Of a stretch of DNA of 64,000 nt, positions 36,755 through 48,112 are shown one piece after another. The position numbers were made by a program, and so were the translations under genes. The stretch lies in NCBI GenBank assembly GCA_963794065.1, contig CAWCDA010000033.1:123643-187642 (forward strand). The letters are read 5' to 3'. The notes under the pieces are model-generated. The model saw nothing but the letters and a program-made list of their open reading frames with translations. It searched no databases and had not been told where the DNA came from. The DNA comes from an uncultured Actinomycetes bacterium (GTDB lineage Bacteria; Actinomycetota; UBA4738; HRBIN12). Each line of letters opens with the position of its first letter. Within the stretch, counting starts at the first letter, position 1.

Positions 36755-38308
36755 CTACCCACTCACGATCTTCACGATGGCGTCGACGCCGGTGGCGGTC
36801 GTGTCCAGGATCAGGCTCGGGAGCAGCCCGAGCACCAGCGTCAGCGCCAGCAGCGGGACCCACGACACCCATTCCACCGCCAGGATGTCGCGGAAGTGAT
36901 GCTCCTTCCAGGTGCTGGGCGCCTCGCCCTGGTTCACCCGTTGGAGCATCCACAGGAAGTAGCCCGCGGTCAGGATCGTGCCGATGCCCCCGATGATCAT
37001 GAACGTTCGATACAGGCCGACGTTCAAGCCGACATCGGTGTTCGGGCTGAACGATCCGAGCAGCGCCATGATCTCGCCCCAGAACCCGGCGAGACCCGGC
37101 AGGCCCAGCGAGGCGATCGCCACGAAGGCGAAGATGCCCGCCATCTTGGGCATCAACTCGCTCATGCCGCCGCCGATCGCCGCGATCTCGCGCGTGTGGT
37201 AGCGGTCATAGATCGACCCGACGCAGAAGAAGAGCATGCCGGTGATCACGCCGTGCGCGACCATCCCGAAGATCGCCGCCTGGATCCCGATCGTCGTGAG
37301 CGTCGCGATGCCGAGCATCACGAATCCCATGTGGCCGACCGAGGAGAACGCGATCAATCGCTTCAGGTCCTTCTGGGCGAGACAGGCGAGCGCCGCGTAG
37401 ACGATCGCGATCGCCGCCAGGGCCCCGATCCACGGCGCGTAGGCCACCGCGCCCTCCGGCATCACGGGCAACGCGATCCGCACGAACCCGTAGGTGCCCA
37501 TCTTGAGCATGATCCCGGCCAGCAGGACCGACCCGATCGTCGGCGCCTCGGTGTGCGCGTCGGGCAGCCATGTGTGGAACGGCCACATCGGCACCTTCAC
37601 CGCGAAGCCCAGCGCGATCGCGCCGAACACCACGAGCTGCAACGTGTGCGCGTAGCCGCCGGACGCGCCGAAGGCGGTCAGCGCCTGCAGGTCGAACGTG
37701 TGCTTGCCGTCGACCATGGGCCCGTTGAAGTAGAGGGCCAGGAACCCCAACAGCATGAACACCGACCCGAACAACGTGTACAGGAAGAACTTGATCGAGG
37801 CGTACTGGCGGTTCGCCGAGCCCCAGACCCCGATCAGGAAGTACATCGGGACCAGCACGAGCTCCCAGAACACGAAGAACAGGATCAGGTCGAAGGCGAT
37901 GAACGTGCCGGCCATGCCGGTGATCAGCAACAGCGTCAGCGCGACGAAGGCCTTCGTGCGCCCCGGCTGCGGCACGTACCGGTAGGTGTAGATCGCGCAG
38001 AGCAGCCCCAACAGGTAGGTCAACACGAACAGCGGCATCGAGATGCCGTCGATACCCACGTGGTAGCGAGCCCCGATGACCGGGATCCACTTCACGTTCT
38101 GCACGAACTGCAGCTCGCCGCTGCGCCCGTAGTCGAACTGGAAGGCGATCACAGCGGCGCAGATGAAGGCCAGCGTCATGATCACGACGCCGAGCCCGCG
38201 GATCATCTTGTCCTTCTCCTTGGGCACCAGCAGGATCACGAGCGCGCCGACGATCGGCAGGAACGTCGTGATCGTGATGGCCCATTCTTGCCAGGTCGAC
38301 TCGTTCAT
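36755..38308 (-). CDS. nuoM: NADH-quinone oxidoreductase subunit M (partial second set)
   Basis: 517 aa, with HTWLPDAHTEAPT and SSVGHMGFV segments. Confidence 0.9.
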   Translation of the reverse strand: MNESTWQEWAITITTFLPIVGALVILLVPKEKDKMIRGLGVVIMTLAFICAAVIAFQFDYGRSGELQFVQNVKWIPVIGARYHVGIDGISMPLFVLTYLLGLLCAIYTYRYVPQPGRTKAFVALTLLLITGMAGTFIAFDLILFFVFWELVLVPMYFLIGVWGSANRQYASIKFFLYTLFGSVFMLLGFLALYFNGPMVDGKHTFDLQALTAFGASGGYAHTLQLVVFGAIALGFAVKVPMWPFHTWLPDAHTEAPTIGSVLLAGIMLKMGTYGFVRIALPVMPEGAVAYAPWIGALAAIAIVYAALACLAQKDLKRLIAFSSVGHMGFVMLGIATLTTIGIQAAIFGMVAHGVITGMLFFCVGSIYDRYHTREIAAIGGGMSELMPKMAGIFAFVAIASLGLPGLAGFWGEIMALLGSFSPNTDVGLNVGLYRTFMIIGGIGTILTAGYFLWMLQRVNQGEAPSTWKEHHFRDILAVEWVSWVPLLALTLVLGLLPSLILDTTATGVDAIVKIVSG

Positions 38309-38323
38309 GGGTTCCCTCGTTCC

Positions 38324-40313
38324 TTACCTGATGAAGAAGGCGGCCAGGGCGATCACGCCGGCGAACAAGCCGACCGCGTACCACTGGACCTTGCCGGACT
38401 GGAGCGTGCGCAGACCCTTGCCGAAGGTCTCCATGGCGGTGCCCGCGCCGTTGACGACAGCGTCGATGATGTTGCGATCGATCCACATGATGCCGCCGGA
38501 CAGACCCTTGGAGCCGCCGCCCGCCGCGTTCACGACGGCGTCGAGCACGTGCTGGTTGAACCAGTAGATGCCTGCCGACCACGTGTCGCGGATCGGGCGG
38601 ACGATGCCACCCCAGTAGAAGTCGTCCAGGTAGTACTTGTGCTCGAGCAGGTTGTAGAGGCCGCCCAGGTTCGTGATCGGATCGGGTGCCCGGTACTCCT
38701 TGTAGACGCGATACCCGAAGAGGATCCCCAGGCCGACCGCCAGGATCGAGATCGCGGCAACGAGCGGGCTGAAGACGGGCACCTCGGGAACGCCGCCGAA
38801 GTAGACCCAGTCCATGAACGGCGCCCCGACGGGAGCGAACCCCAACAGGCCGACGAAGCACGTCGCGATCGCGAGGAGCACCAGCGGCGCCGTCATCGAC
38901 CGCGGCGACTCGTGCAGGTGCTCGGTCCCCCGGTACTCGCCGTGGAACGTCTTGAGCACCATGCGGGTCGTGTAGAAGGCGGTGATCACCGCGCCCACCA
39001 GCAGCACGGCGCCCAGCCAGTACGTCTGGGAGTCCTTCGCGACCAGGATGATCTCGTCCTTGGAGAAGAACCCGGCGAACGGCGGGACACCGGCCAGCGC
39101 GAGCGAGCCGATCACGAACGTCGCGTACGTGAGCTTCATGTGCTTCCGCAGGCCGCCCATGTCGCTCATGTTGTTCGAGTGGGCCGCGTGGATCACCGAG
39201 CCGGCGCCGAGGAACAGCAGCGCCTTGAAGAAGGCGTGCGTGAACAGGTGGAACATCGCGGCCGGGTAGCCGGCCTCCCCCATCCCGAGCGCGGCCACCA
39301 TGTAGGCGAGCTGGGAGATCGTCGAATACGCGAGCACCTTCTTGATGTCGTCCTGCACAAGGGCAAGCAACGCCGCCAGCAGCAACGTGATCGCGCCGAT
39401 GATCGACACGATCGTGAGCGCGATCGGGTCGGCCTGCACGAAGACCTCGAAGGTGCGCGCGACGAGGTAGATGCCCGCCGCCACCATCGTGGCCGCGTGG
39501 ATCAGCGCCGACACGGGCGTCGGGCCGGCCATCGCGTCGGGCAGCCACGTATACAAGGGGAACTGGGCGGACTTGCCGATCGTGCCGCCGAACATCAGCA
39601 GCGCCGCGCACGTGATCAACAGGACCGAGACATGCCCGGCGGCGACCGTCTCGCTGATCACCTGGATGTTCGAGGTCGTCATGCCCGGTGGCGTAGACCA
39701 GCGCGAAGATGCCGAACATGAACGGCACGTCGCCGACCCGGGTCGTCAGGAACGCCTTGATCGCGGCCGAGGAGTTCGCGTGGTCCTCGTACCAGTGCCC
39801 GATCAACAGGTACGAGCAGACGCCCATGATCTCCCAGCCGACCAGCAGCTGGAACAGGTTGGAGGCGAGCACCACGACCAGCATCGCGCCGGTGAAGATC
39901 GACAGCACGACGTAGAACCACGTGTAGCGCTTGTCGCCGTGCATGTACCCCAGCGAGTAGATGTGGACCATCAACGAGATCGACGTGACGACGACCAGCA
40001 TCACCGCGGTCAGGCCGTCGACGTAGAACCCGAGCTGTACCTGGAGCGTCCCGATCCGGAACCACTCGATGTTGTGCTCGAAGTTCCCGCCGCCCTGCAC
40101 GAAGCTCCACACCACGCCGAGCGACAGCACGAGACCGATGCCGATCGCGAGGATCCCGTAGACCGGCCCCTTGCCGGGGGTGCGCTTGCCGAAGAACAGG
40201 GTCAGGGCCCCGGAGGCGAATGCGAGCAGCGGGATCAGGAACGCGTGCTCCACGAACCAGTTGACGGTCGTCGCCGACGTCGTCGTGACCTCCTGGGCCA
40301 GCACGCCTACCAC
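38324..40313 (-). pseudogene. nuoL: NADH-quinone oxidoreductase subunit L (partial second set), one frameshift
   Basis: N-terminal ~210 codons lie at the start of ORF 37206..40313, the remainder in ORF 38324..39682. FGIFALVYATG / MTTSNIQVIS are joined by one extra base in a GGG run near 39685. Confidence 0.8.
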
Positions 40314-40609
40314 TTGAGCAGGTCCACTTCGTCGACGTTGATCGAGGCGCGGTTACGGAACAGCAGGATCACGATCGCGAGTCCGATCCCGACCTCGGCG
40401 GCCGCGACCGCGATCACGAACAGGGCGAAGATCTGGCCGGTGACGTCCTTGAGGCTGGCCGCGAACGCCACCAGGTTGAGGTTGACCGCGTTCAGCATCA
40501 GCTCGATCGCCATCAGCACCATGACCGCGTTCCGCCGGGCCAGCACGCCGTAGACGCCGGCGGAGAACAGGAGCGCCGCGAACACCAGCACGAGCGGCAG
40601 CCGGATCAC
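40307..40609 (-). CDS. nuoK: NADH-quinone oxidoreductase subunit K (partial second set)
   Basis: 100 aa with three TM helices ([13 protein letters not shown]). GTG start. Confidence 0.9.
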   Translation of the reverse strand: MIRLPLVLVFAALLFSAGVYGVLARRNAVMVLMAIELMLNAVNLNLVAFAASLKDVTGQIFALFVIAVAAAEVGIGLAIVILLFRNRASINVDEVDLLKW

Positions 40610-41122
40610 GCCGCCCCTCCGTCATCCTTGCGAGCGAGCACGATCGCGCCGATCAGCGCCGCTAGCAGGAGGAACGACACGACCTCGAAGGGCAGGACGT
40701 AGTCGCGGAACATGCGATTCGCCGATCGCCTCGGTGGTGCCGGCCACCGGCTGGGAGGCGACGGTCGTGCCGACCGGCCAGACCCGCAGCAACAACGTCG
40801 CGAGGCCGACGAAGATCAACAGCGCGACCACGGCCCCCACGATGCGGTTCTGCGGCAGGTGGTCGAGGGTGTCGCGACCGATCGGCGCCTTCGTGAGCAT
40901 CAGCCCGAACAGGAACAGGATCACGATCGCGCCGACATAGATCAGGATCTGGGTCCATCCGACGAACTCCGCGCCGACCAGAAGGAACGTGATGCCGACA
41001 CAGGCCAGCGCGACCACCAGGTAGAGCGCCGCGTGCACAACGTTGCGCGCGGTCACCACCGCGACTGCGGCGAGTGACCCGATCACGGCCACGACCAGGA
41101 AGGCGTACTCCTGCGCGGTCAC
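40606..41122 (-). pseudogene. nuoJ: NADH-quinone oxidoreductase subunit J (partial second set), C-terminal frameshift
   Basis: ORF 40622..41122 loses homology after TTEAIGES. The next frame reads [31 protein letters not shown] and ends in a GTGA overlap with nuoK. There is a one-base insertion near 40714. Confidence 0.75.
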
Positions 41123-41619
41123 GAGGCCGCCTCCTCAGGCGCCTCGGCGCCCTCCTCGAGGGCGGGCGGGGGCTTCACCGTGTAGGTCCACTCCTCCAGC
41201 CGCTCGCGTTCGTGGACCATCTCCTTGATGTCGTACTCCGCGTACTCGAACTCCGGGCTCCAGAACAGCGCGTCGAACGGGCAGACCTCCACGCAGATGC
41301 CGCAGTACATGCACAGGGAGAAGTCGATCGCGAACCGGTCGAGGATCTTGGCGCTGCGCGCGCGCCCGCCGCTGGCCGGCTCGTGCGATTCCTTGTGCGC
41401 GTCGATGTAGATGCACCAGTCGGGGCACTCGCGCGAGCACTTGTAGCAGACCGTGCAGTTCGCTTCCTTGAGGGCGATGACGCCGCGCGTGCGCGCGGGC
41501 AGGTCGGGCTTCACGTGTGGGTACTGGACGGTCACGGAGCGCTTCGTCATCGTGCGGAGCGTCACCGCGAGGCCCTGGAGCAACCCGAGCCCGATCCCCT
41601 GCTCCTTCTGGGGCTTCAT
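41119..41619 (-). CDS. nuoI: NADH-quinone oxidoreductase subunit I (partial second set)
   Basis: Two 4Fe-4S motifs ([24 protein letters not shown]). Start at ATG 41619. Confidence 0.9.
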   Translation of the reverse strand: MKPQKEQGIGLGLLQGLAVTLRTMTKRSVTVQYPHVKPDLPARTRGVIALKEANCTVCYKCSRECPDWCIYIDAHKESHEPASGGRARSAKILDRFAIDFSLCMYCGICVEVCPFDALFWSPEFEYAEYDIKEMVHERERLEEWTYTVKPPPALEEGAEAPEEAAS

Positions 41620-42623
41620 GCGTTCGCCACCTTCACGAACGCGACGCCGAGGATCCAGATCAGGGTGATCGGCACCAGCTTGATCCACGCGAAGCGCTGC
41701 AGCTGGTCCTCACGCAGGCGCGGGAACGTCGCCCGCAGCCACACGATCACGAAGGACAGCGCGAAGATCTTGCCGAACATCCACACCGGCCCCGGCAGGA
41801 ACGACAGACCCGGCAGGGGCAGGTACCCGCCCAGGAACAGCGTGGCGGCCACCGCCGACATGACGACGATGCCCCCGTACTCCGAGAGCAGGAAGAAGGC
41901 GAACTTCAACCCGGTGTACTCGGTGTACGCGCCGAAGATGATCTCCGAGTCGGCGACCGGCATGTCGAACGGGGGCCGGGTCAACTCGGCCACCGCGGCC
42001 ATCATGAACACGATGAACAGCGGGAACAGCGGGATCACGTACCAGATGTTCTGCTGGGCTTCGATGATGCCGATCAGCGAGGTCGTGGCGGCGAGCATCA
42101 CCGCGGCGGCGGCGGCGAGCACGAGCGGCAGCTCGTAGGCGATCAGCTGCGCGGCGGCGCGCAGCGCGCCCATCAGCGAGAACTTGTTCGCCGAGGACCA
42201 GCCGGCCATCAGCACGCCGAGGACTCCGATCGAGCTCATCGCCAGCACGAAGAAGATGCCGATGTCGAGGTCGAGCGCGTACAGGTCGGCGCCGAACGGG
42301 ATGACGACCAGCACGATCAGGTACGGAACGAGCGCCACGCCAGGCGCGATGGAGAAGACGGTGCGATCGGCCGCCTCGGGGACGATGTCCTCCTTCTGGA
42401 TGAACTTCGCGCCGTCGGCCATCAGTTGGGCCCACCCGTGGAACGCGCCGGCCTCCATCGGGCCCATCCGCGCCTGCATGTGCGCGAGGACCTTGTGCTC
42501 CATGTAGCCGACCGCAAGCGGCACGACCAGGAAGATGATCAGCACGAGCATCGCCTTGAGCACCAAGGGGATCCAATACCCGGAGAAGAGGTCGTCGATC
42601 GCGGATGCCTCGGCGAGCAGCAT
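41616..42623 (-). CDS. nuoH: NADH-quinone oxidoreductase subunit H (partial second set)
   Basis: [18 protein letters not shown] and [19 protein letters not shown] segments. Its ATG overlaps the nuoC stop (TGATG), so no space exists for nuoD. Confidence 0.9.
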   Translation of the reverse strand: MLLAEASAIDDLFSGYWIPLVLKAMLVLIIFLVVPLAVGYMEHKVLAHMQARMGPMEAGAFHGWAQLMADGAKFIQKEDIVPEAADRTVFSIAPGVALVPYLIVLVVIPFGADLYALDLDIGIFFVLAMSSIGVLGVLMAGWSSANKFSLMGALRAAAQLIAYELPLVLAAAAAVMLAATTSLIGIIEAQQNIWYVIPLFPLFIVFMMAAVAELTRPPFDMPVADSEIIFGAYTEYTGLKFAFFLLSEYGGIVVMSAVAATLFLGGYLPLPGLSFLPGPVWMFGKIFALSFVIVWLRATFPRLREDQLQRFAWIKLVPITLIWILGVAFVKVANA

Positions 42624-43138
42624 CACTCGTCCTCGTCCTCCTCGCCCTCGACGGCGCCCGGCCACGGCTTGGCCTCGCGCGCCATCAGCGGGAAGTCCTT
42701 CCGCAACGGGTGGCCCTCGAAGGGCTCGGAGAGCAGGAGCTTCACGGGGCGCGGATGCCCCTCGACCCGGATGCCGAACATCTCCATCATCTCCCGCTCG
42801 TGCCAGTCGCACGTCGGGTAGAGGTCGCTGATCGTCGGCACCGACGGCTCCGCACGCGAGACACGCGTCTTGATCCGCACCGCGTGGTGATGCTCGGTCG
42901 ACACGAGGTGCGTCACGACCTCGAAGCCCGTCTCGGGGCCGAAGTCGACACCGCCGGTGAAGTCGCAAAAGTCGCAACCGATCTCGGGCTCGTCGCGGCA
43001 ATACCGGACCGCGTCGTGATAGCGATCGACCGAGACGGTTGCGACCGCGTGCCCGAAGGCATCGGCGACCTCGACGTCATCGCCGAAGCGCGCCCGCAAC
43101 CGCGACCCGAGGTCCTCAGGAGACAGCCGTCGTCCCAC
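42623..43138 (-). CDS. nuoC: NADH-quinone oxidoreductase subunit C (partial second set)
   Basis: 171 aa, with [20 protein letters not shown] and PLRKDFPL segments. Not fused to a NuoD domain. Confidence 0.85.
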   Translation of the reverse strand: MGRRLSPEDLGSRLRARFGDDVEVADAFGHAVATVSVDRYHDAVRYCRDEPEIGCDFCDFTGGVDFGPETGFEVVTHLVSTEHHHAVRIKTRVSRAEPSVPTISDLYPTCDWHEREMMEMFGIRVEGHPRPVKLLLSEPFEGHPLRKDFPLMAREAKPWPGAVEGEEDEDE

Positions 43139-43616
43139 TGCGGAACTTCTCCTGGATGTCTTCGTGTTTGATCTTCTCTTGGAGCTGCACGATGCCGTGC
43201 AGCAGCGCCTCGGGCCGCGGCGGACAGCCGGGCACGAACACGTCGACCGGGATGATCTGGTCGACGCCCTTGGTCACCGCGTAGCTGTCCCAGTACGGAC
43301 CGCCGCAGTTGGCGCAGGACCCGAAGGAGATCACGTACTTCGGGTCGGGCATCTGGTCGTACAGGCGCTTGATGACCGGGGCCATCTTGTCGGTCAGCGT
43401 GCCGGCCACGAGCAGGAGGTCGGCCTGGCGCGGGCCGTGCGCGAACGGGATCACGCCGAGTCGGATGAAGTCGTTCTTGGCGGCCGAGGCGGAGATGAAC
43501 TCGATCGAGCAGCAGGCGAGGCCGAAGTTGAACACCCAGAGGCTGTAGCGGCGTCCCCAGTTGAGGATGAACTTGACGGGCTTGACCCTGGGCAACGCCG
43601 TCTTCTCGGTGATCAC
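43116..43616 (-). CDS. nuoB: NADH-quinone oxidoreductase subunit B (partial second set)
   Basis: N2-cluster ligands retained ([24 protein letters not shown]). GTG 43616 overlaps the nuoA stop. Confidence 0.9.
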   Translation of the reverse strand: MITEKTALPRVKPVKFILNWGRRYSLWVFNFGLACCSIEFISASAAKNDFIRLGVIPFAHGPRQADLLLVAGTLTDKMAPVIKRLYDQMPDPKYVISFGSCANCGGPYWDSYAVTKGVDQIIPVDVFVPGCPPRPEALLHGIVQLQEKIKHEDIQEKFRSGTTAVS

Positions 43617-43975
43617 GCCCACTTCAAGACCCCCTTGCGCCACGCGTAGAGCAGGCCCGCGCCGAGGATGCCGATGAAGATCGCCATCTCGACGACGGCG
43701 GTGTAGCCGAGCGTCACGAACACACGCGCCCACGGGAACAGGAACACGGACTCGACGTCGAAGATCACGAACAGGAAGCCGTAGACGTAGTACCGGATCT
43801 GGCTCTGGGACCAGCCCTCGCCCACCGGATCGATGCCGCACTCGTAGGTCAGGTACTTCGCCGTGGAGGGGCGGCTGGGGGCGATCAGCCTGGCCGCGAG
43901 GAAGGCAACGATGACCAGCAGCGCCCCCGCGAGCGCTACCGCAAACACGACTCCGTACGATCCGAAATAGGTCAC
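43613..43975 (-). CDS. nuoA: NADH-quinone oxidoreductase subunit A (partial second set)
   Basis: 120 aa with three TM helices (YECGIDP ... [14 protein letters not shown]). Confidence 0.9.
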   Translation of the reverse strand: MTYFGSYGVVFAVALAGALLVIVAFLAARLIAPSRPSTAKYLTYECGIDPVGEGWSQSQIRYYVYGFLFVIFDVESVFLFPWARVFVTLGYTAVVEMAIFIGILGAGLLYAWRKGVLKWA

Positions 43976-44068
43976 GACGTGTATGCGCCTTCCCCAGCGC
44001 GGCCGTATCCTAGCAGCGCGCCTGGCCCGCCCGTTCGAACGAGCCGGTCGGCCCCCTCTCCTTGCGGC

Positions 44069-45084
44069 CTACGGGACATCGGCGCCCGCGTCCGCGCCGC
44101 AGCGCACCGCCAGGAACCGCGCCAATTGGATCAATGCATGCCGGGCTGTGCCGTCGGGCAACTGGCGCGCCAATGCGTCTGCCCGAGCGACCTCCGTGGA
44201 CACCGCGGCTCGGGCGTGCTCGATCGACCCCCGCCGCGGACGATCTGCAGCGCCCGGTCGAGCATCTCGCCGTCGGGAGCGCCGTGCGCGAGCAGTCGCT
44301 GCAGCTCAGCGCGGTCCGGCCCCTCGTGGAGAGCGTGCAGGACGGGCAGGGTATAGACGCCCTCCCGCATGTCGGTGCCCGGCTCCTTGCCGAGCTCGAG
44401 CTGCGAGGCCGTCACATCCATGATGTCGTCGGACAGCTGGAAGGCCATGCCGATCGACTCGCCGAACGCCTCCAGGACCTCCAGCTGGTCCTCCGGCGTA
44501 TCGGAGAGCAGGCCCCCGAGCCGGCACGACGTCGCGATCAGGATGCCCGTCTTGCGCCGGATGATCTCCAGGTAGGCGGTCTCGGTCTGCTCGAGCTTGC
44601 CCGCGGCGTCCACCTCCCGGATCTGGCCGTCGCAGAGCACCGCGATCGTGCGGGCGAGCAGACGGCAGACCTCCGTGCCGAGGTCGGCGGACAGCTCCGA
44701 GGCCCGCGCGAACAGGTAGTCGCCGGTGAGGATCGCCACCGTGTTGTCCCAGCGGGCGTTCGTGCTGGCCACGCCGCGCCGATCCTCGGCTTCGTCGATC
44801 ACGTCATCGTGATACAGCGTCGCCAGATGCGTCAGCTCGATCGTGACCGAGCCGGGGATCAGCCGCGGGTCGGTCGGGTCGCCGAAGTACCCCGCGAGCA
44901 GCACCAGCATCGGCCGGAAGCGCTTGCCGCCGGCGGACAACAGGTACCGCGCGGTGGCGGCCAACAACTCGGAGTCCGCGACCACCGCCTTCTCGAGCGC
45001 GTCTTCGACCCGGTCCAGCCGGCCCCGGATCTCGGCCTCAAGGGCCGCGTCGGGTGCTTCCAATCCTGGGATCACTCTGCGCAT
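44069..45084 (-). pseudogene. polyprenyl diphosphate synthase (HepT/GrcC-like), one frameshift near the 3' end
   Basis: DDxxD motifs (LYHDDVIDE, FQLSDDIMD). Starts 2 nt after the nuoN stop. After DRALQIVRGG the true C-terminus (GSIEHARAAVSTEVARADALARQLPDGTARHALIQLARFLAVR) is in another frame. The indel lies in a G run near 44230. Confidence 0.8.
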
Positions 45085-45086
45085 CC

Positions 45087-46586
45087 TCACCACCTCAAGA
45101 TCGATGCTTGTTCGATGATGCTCGAAAGCAGGCGCGGGAACACGCCCAGCACCACCACGGTCACGGCCAGGACGAGCCCGGCCATCTCCGGCACGACCGA
45201 CCGGTCGTCGGTCAGCTCGCCACGCGGTTCGCGGAAGTACATCCGCACGATCACCCGCAAGTATGCGTACGCCGCGATCACGCTGGCCAGCACGCACACG
45301 AGCGCCAGCGGCCAGTTCCCTGCCGCGATCGCCGCGCCGAACACCGTCAGCTTGGCGATGAAGCCCACCGTCGGCGGGATGCCGGCCAGCGACAAGAGGA
45401 AGACCGTCAACAGCGCGGCGAGGCCGGGGCTCCGCGCCGCGAGCCCGTCGTAGCTGTCATAGGACGAGGGCTCCTCGGTCTTCGTCGCGACCAACATCGT
45501 GACGCCGAAGGCGCCGACGGTCATGACCGCATAGGCGATCAGATAGAACATCGCCGCCCGGATGCCGGTGGCGTTGGCCGACGTCAGGCCGGCCAGGATG
45601 AACCCCGCATGGGCGACGGCGGAGTAGGCCAGCATCCGCTTCACGTCGCGCTGCGCCGCGGCCAGCACGGCGCCCGTCAGCACCGAGATCACCGCCAACG
45701 CGTAGACGATCGGCGTCCAGTCCCAGGTCAGCGGTTGCAGCGCCACGTCGAACACGCGCATCAGCGCGAAGAACGCGGCCACCTTCGTCGCGGCGCTCAT
45801 GTACGCCACCACAGGCGTCGGCGCCCCCTGGTAAACGTCGGGCGTCCACATATGGAACGGCGCCGCCGAGATCTTGAACCCGAACCCGATCACCAGGAAT
45901 CCCATCGCCACGAGCGCGAGCGCTTGCGAGCCCGTCTGACCGCCGAGCGCAGCGACGATCGTCGTGATCTTCGTGCTGGCGGTCGCGCCGTAGGCCATCG
46001 CGACCCCGTAGAGGAAGAACGCCGAGGAGAACGCGCCGAGTAGGAAGTATTTCATCGCCGCCTCGTTGCTGCGCCTGCCCCCCATCCCGGTCAGGACGTA
46101 CAGCGCCAGCGACAGGATCTCGAGCGCGAGGAACACGACGATCAGGTCGTTGGCCGTCACGATCAGGCACATCCCCGCCGTCGCGAACAGGAGCAGCGGG
46201 AAGAACTCGCCGCGGTACTCGCCCTCGCCGCCCGCCTCGTGCCACGCGTAGAGGCACCCGAACGCGGCGACGAGCACCAGCACGATCGTCGCGACGACCG
46301 AGAACCGATCGACGGCCACCGTGTCGCCCAGCACGAGGGGCGCGCCGGTCCAGCTCCACAACGCCGTCGCGGTCACCCCGGCCGCGAGCAGGCCGACGAG
46401 CGCGATCGCCAGATGCACCGAGCGGTGGCTCCGTCGCGCGAACGCCTCGTACAGCATCCCCAGGATGCCCGCCGCACAGAGCGCGAGCTCCGGCAGGATC
46501 GGCTTGAACTCCAGGACGGGCGTCGGGATCGGGGCGTCCGGACCGGTCGGCGCCGCCTGGGCGAGGTGCAGCAGCAGGGCGATCAT
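45087..46586 (-). CDS. nuoN: NADH-quinone oxidoreductase subunit N (complete set)
   Basis: 499 aa, last gene of the 14-gene operon. 4-nt overlap with nuoM. Confidence 0.9.
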   Translation of the reverse strand: MIALLLHLAQAAPTGPDAPIPTPVLEFKPILPELALCAAGILGMLYEAFARRSHRSVHLAIALVGLLAAGVTATALWSWTGAPLVLGDTVAVDRFSVVATIVLVLVAAFGCLYAWHEAGGEGEYRGEFFPLLLFATAGMCLIVTANDLIVVFLALEILSLALYVLTGMGGRRSNEAAMKYFLLGAFSSAFFLYGVAMAYGATASTKITTIVAALGGQTGSQALALVAMGFLVIGFGFKISAAPFHMWTPDVYQGAPTPVVAYMSAATKVAAFFALMRVFDVALQPLTWDWTPIVYALAVISVLTGAVLAAAQRDVKRMLAYSAVAHAGFILAGLTSANATGIRAAMFYLIAYAVMTVGAFGVTMLVATKTEEPSSYDSYDGLAARSPGLAALLTVFLLSLAGIPPTVGFIAKLTVFGAAIAAGNWPLALVCVLASVIAAYAYLRVIVRMYFREPRGELTDDRSVVPEMAGLVLAVTVVVLGVFPRLLSSIIEQASILRW

Positions 46587-48112
46587 CCGCCGCTCCCCGG
46601 TTCGGCTACCTCGACGCCTGGGACCACCGTCGTCGCGTGGTCGGGCGCGACGTGCTCGATCACGCGGGCGGTCGCGGGGTCGATCGATTCCGTCATGAGC
46701 TTCGGATAGACGCCGAACACGAGCAACAGCGCGAGGACCGGGACGATCACAGCCACCTCACGGGCCGACACGTCCGCCAGCCCGCGATGCTCCTCGCGCA
46801 CCGGGCCGTAGGCGACGCGCTGGTAGGACCAGAGGAGGTAGATGGCGCCGAGCACCACGGCGATCGAGGCCGCAGCGCCCAGCCAGTGGCTGACCGCGAA
46901 CGTGCCGACGATCACGAGGAACTCCCCGACGAACCCATTGAGCCCCGGCAGCCCGGCCGAGGCGAAGACCGCGAACAGGAAGAACCCCAGCAACCACGGC
47001 ATCACGCTCGCGAGCCCGCCCATCTCGTCGAGCCGTCGGGTGTGCGTGCGGTCGTACACCATCCCGACCAACAGGAACAGCGCGCCGGTCGCGAGACCGT
47101 GGTTCACCATCTGCAGCACGCCGCCGCTGACCGCCTGTTGCGTGAGCGCGAAGAGGCCCAGCACCACGAACCCGAGGTGGGACACACTGGAGTAGGCCAC
47201 CAACCGCTTCACGTCGCGCTGGCTGATCGCGCAGACCGCGCCATAGATGATGCCGATCACCGCCAGCACCGAGACCGGCGTCGCGAAATGCTTCGAGGCC
47301 TCAGGGAACAACGCCATGTTGAATCGGATCAACCCGTAGGCCCCTACCTTCAAGAGCACACCGGCGAGCAGCACCGAGCCCGCGGTCGGCGCCTCGGTGT
47401 GCGCGTCGGGGAGCCACGTGTGCAACGGGAAGACCGGCACCTTGACCGCGAAGGCGATGAAGAACGCGAGGAACAGCCAGCGCGCGGTCTGGACCGGCAG
47501 CGTCGTCGCCGTGTCGGCCAGCGAGCGCAGGTCGAACGTGCCGCCGCCGGCACGCGCGTACAGGAAGATGATCGCGAACAGCAGGAACGCCGAGCCGGCC
47601 ATCGTGTAGAGGAAGAACTTCAGCGCCGCGTGCACCCGGCGCTCGCCCCCCCACCCGCCGATCAGCAGGTACATCGGCACGAGGATCGCCTCGAAGAAGA
47701 TGAAGAACAGGATCAGGTCCAGCGCCAGGAACGAGCCGAGCACGGCGGTCTCCAGCACGAGCATCGCGATCATGTAGCGTCGGATCTCGGTCGTGATCGG
47801 CCACGAGGCCAGCACCGAGACCGGGAACAGGAACGTCGTCAACAGCACGAGCCATAGGCTGATCCCGTCGACACCGACGAGGTACTGCAGCCCGATCCCC
47901 GGCACCCACGAGGCCTGCTCGACCAGCTGGTAGCCGGGGTCGGCGCTGTGGAACCGCCCGAGCATCGCGAGCGAGACGGCGAACACGACGAGTGTGACGA
48001 GCAGGGCGAGCCATCGTGCGCCGGCGTCGCTGACCTCGCGCCCGCCGAGCACCAACGCCAGCGCGCCCAGCAGGGGCAAGAAGATCACGAGGCTCAGGAG
48101 GTGGCCGCTCAC
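46583..48112 (-). CDS. nuoM: NADH-quinone oxidoreductase subunit M (complete set)
   Basis: HTWLPDAHTEAPT and SSVSHLGFV segments. GTG 48112 overlaps the nuoL stop. Confidence 0.9.
   Translation of the reverse strand: MSGHLLSLVIFLPLLGALALVLGGREVSDAGARWLALLVTLVVFAVSLAMLGRFHSADPGYQLVEQASWVPGIGLQYLVGVDGISLWLVLLTTFLFPVSVLASWPITTEIRRYMIAMLVLETAVLGSFLALDLILFFIFFEAILVPMYLLIGGWGGERRVHAALKFFLYTMAGSAFLLFAIIFLYARAGGGTFDLRSLADTATTLPVQTARWLFLAFFIAFAVKVPVFPLHTWLPDAHTEAPTAGSVLLAGVLLKVGAYGLIRFNMALFPEASKHFATPVSVLAVIGIIYGAVCAISQRDVKRLVAYSSVSHLGFVVLGLFALTQQAVSGGVLQMVNHGLATGALFLLVGMVYDRTHTRRLDEMGGLASVMPWLLGFFLFAVFASAGLPGLNGFVGEFLVIVGTFAVSHWLGAAASIAVVLGAIYLLWSYQRVAYGPVREEHRGLADVSAREVAVIVPVLALLLVFGVYPKLMTESIDPATARVIEHVAPDHATTVVPGVEVAEPGSGG

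Noticed and set aside
35144-39721. 1525-aa plus-strand ORF spanning the nuoN/M/L region
   Set aside because: It is antisense to well-supported nuo genes. The translation is a low-complexity Arg/His/Asp/Gln/Glu run with no domain pattern, typical of a high-GC shadow ORF.
37206-40313. 1035-aa minus-strand ORF
   Set aside because: Only its first ~210 codons (the nuoL N-terminus) are real. After the frameshift near 39685 it reads out of frame through nuoL and nuoM as Arg/Gly/Pro-rich nonsense.
43983-45453. Plus-strand ORFs of 146 and 463 aa over the prenyl synthase and nuoN
   Set aside because: They are antisense shadows of genes with strong motifs on the minus strand.
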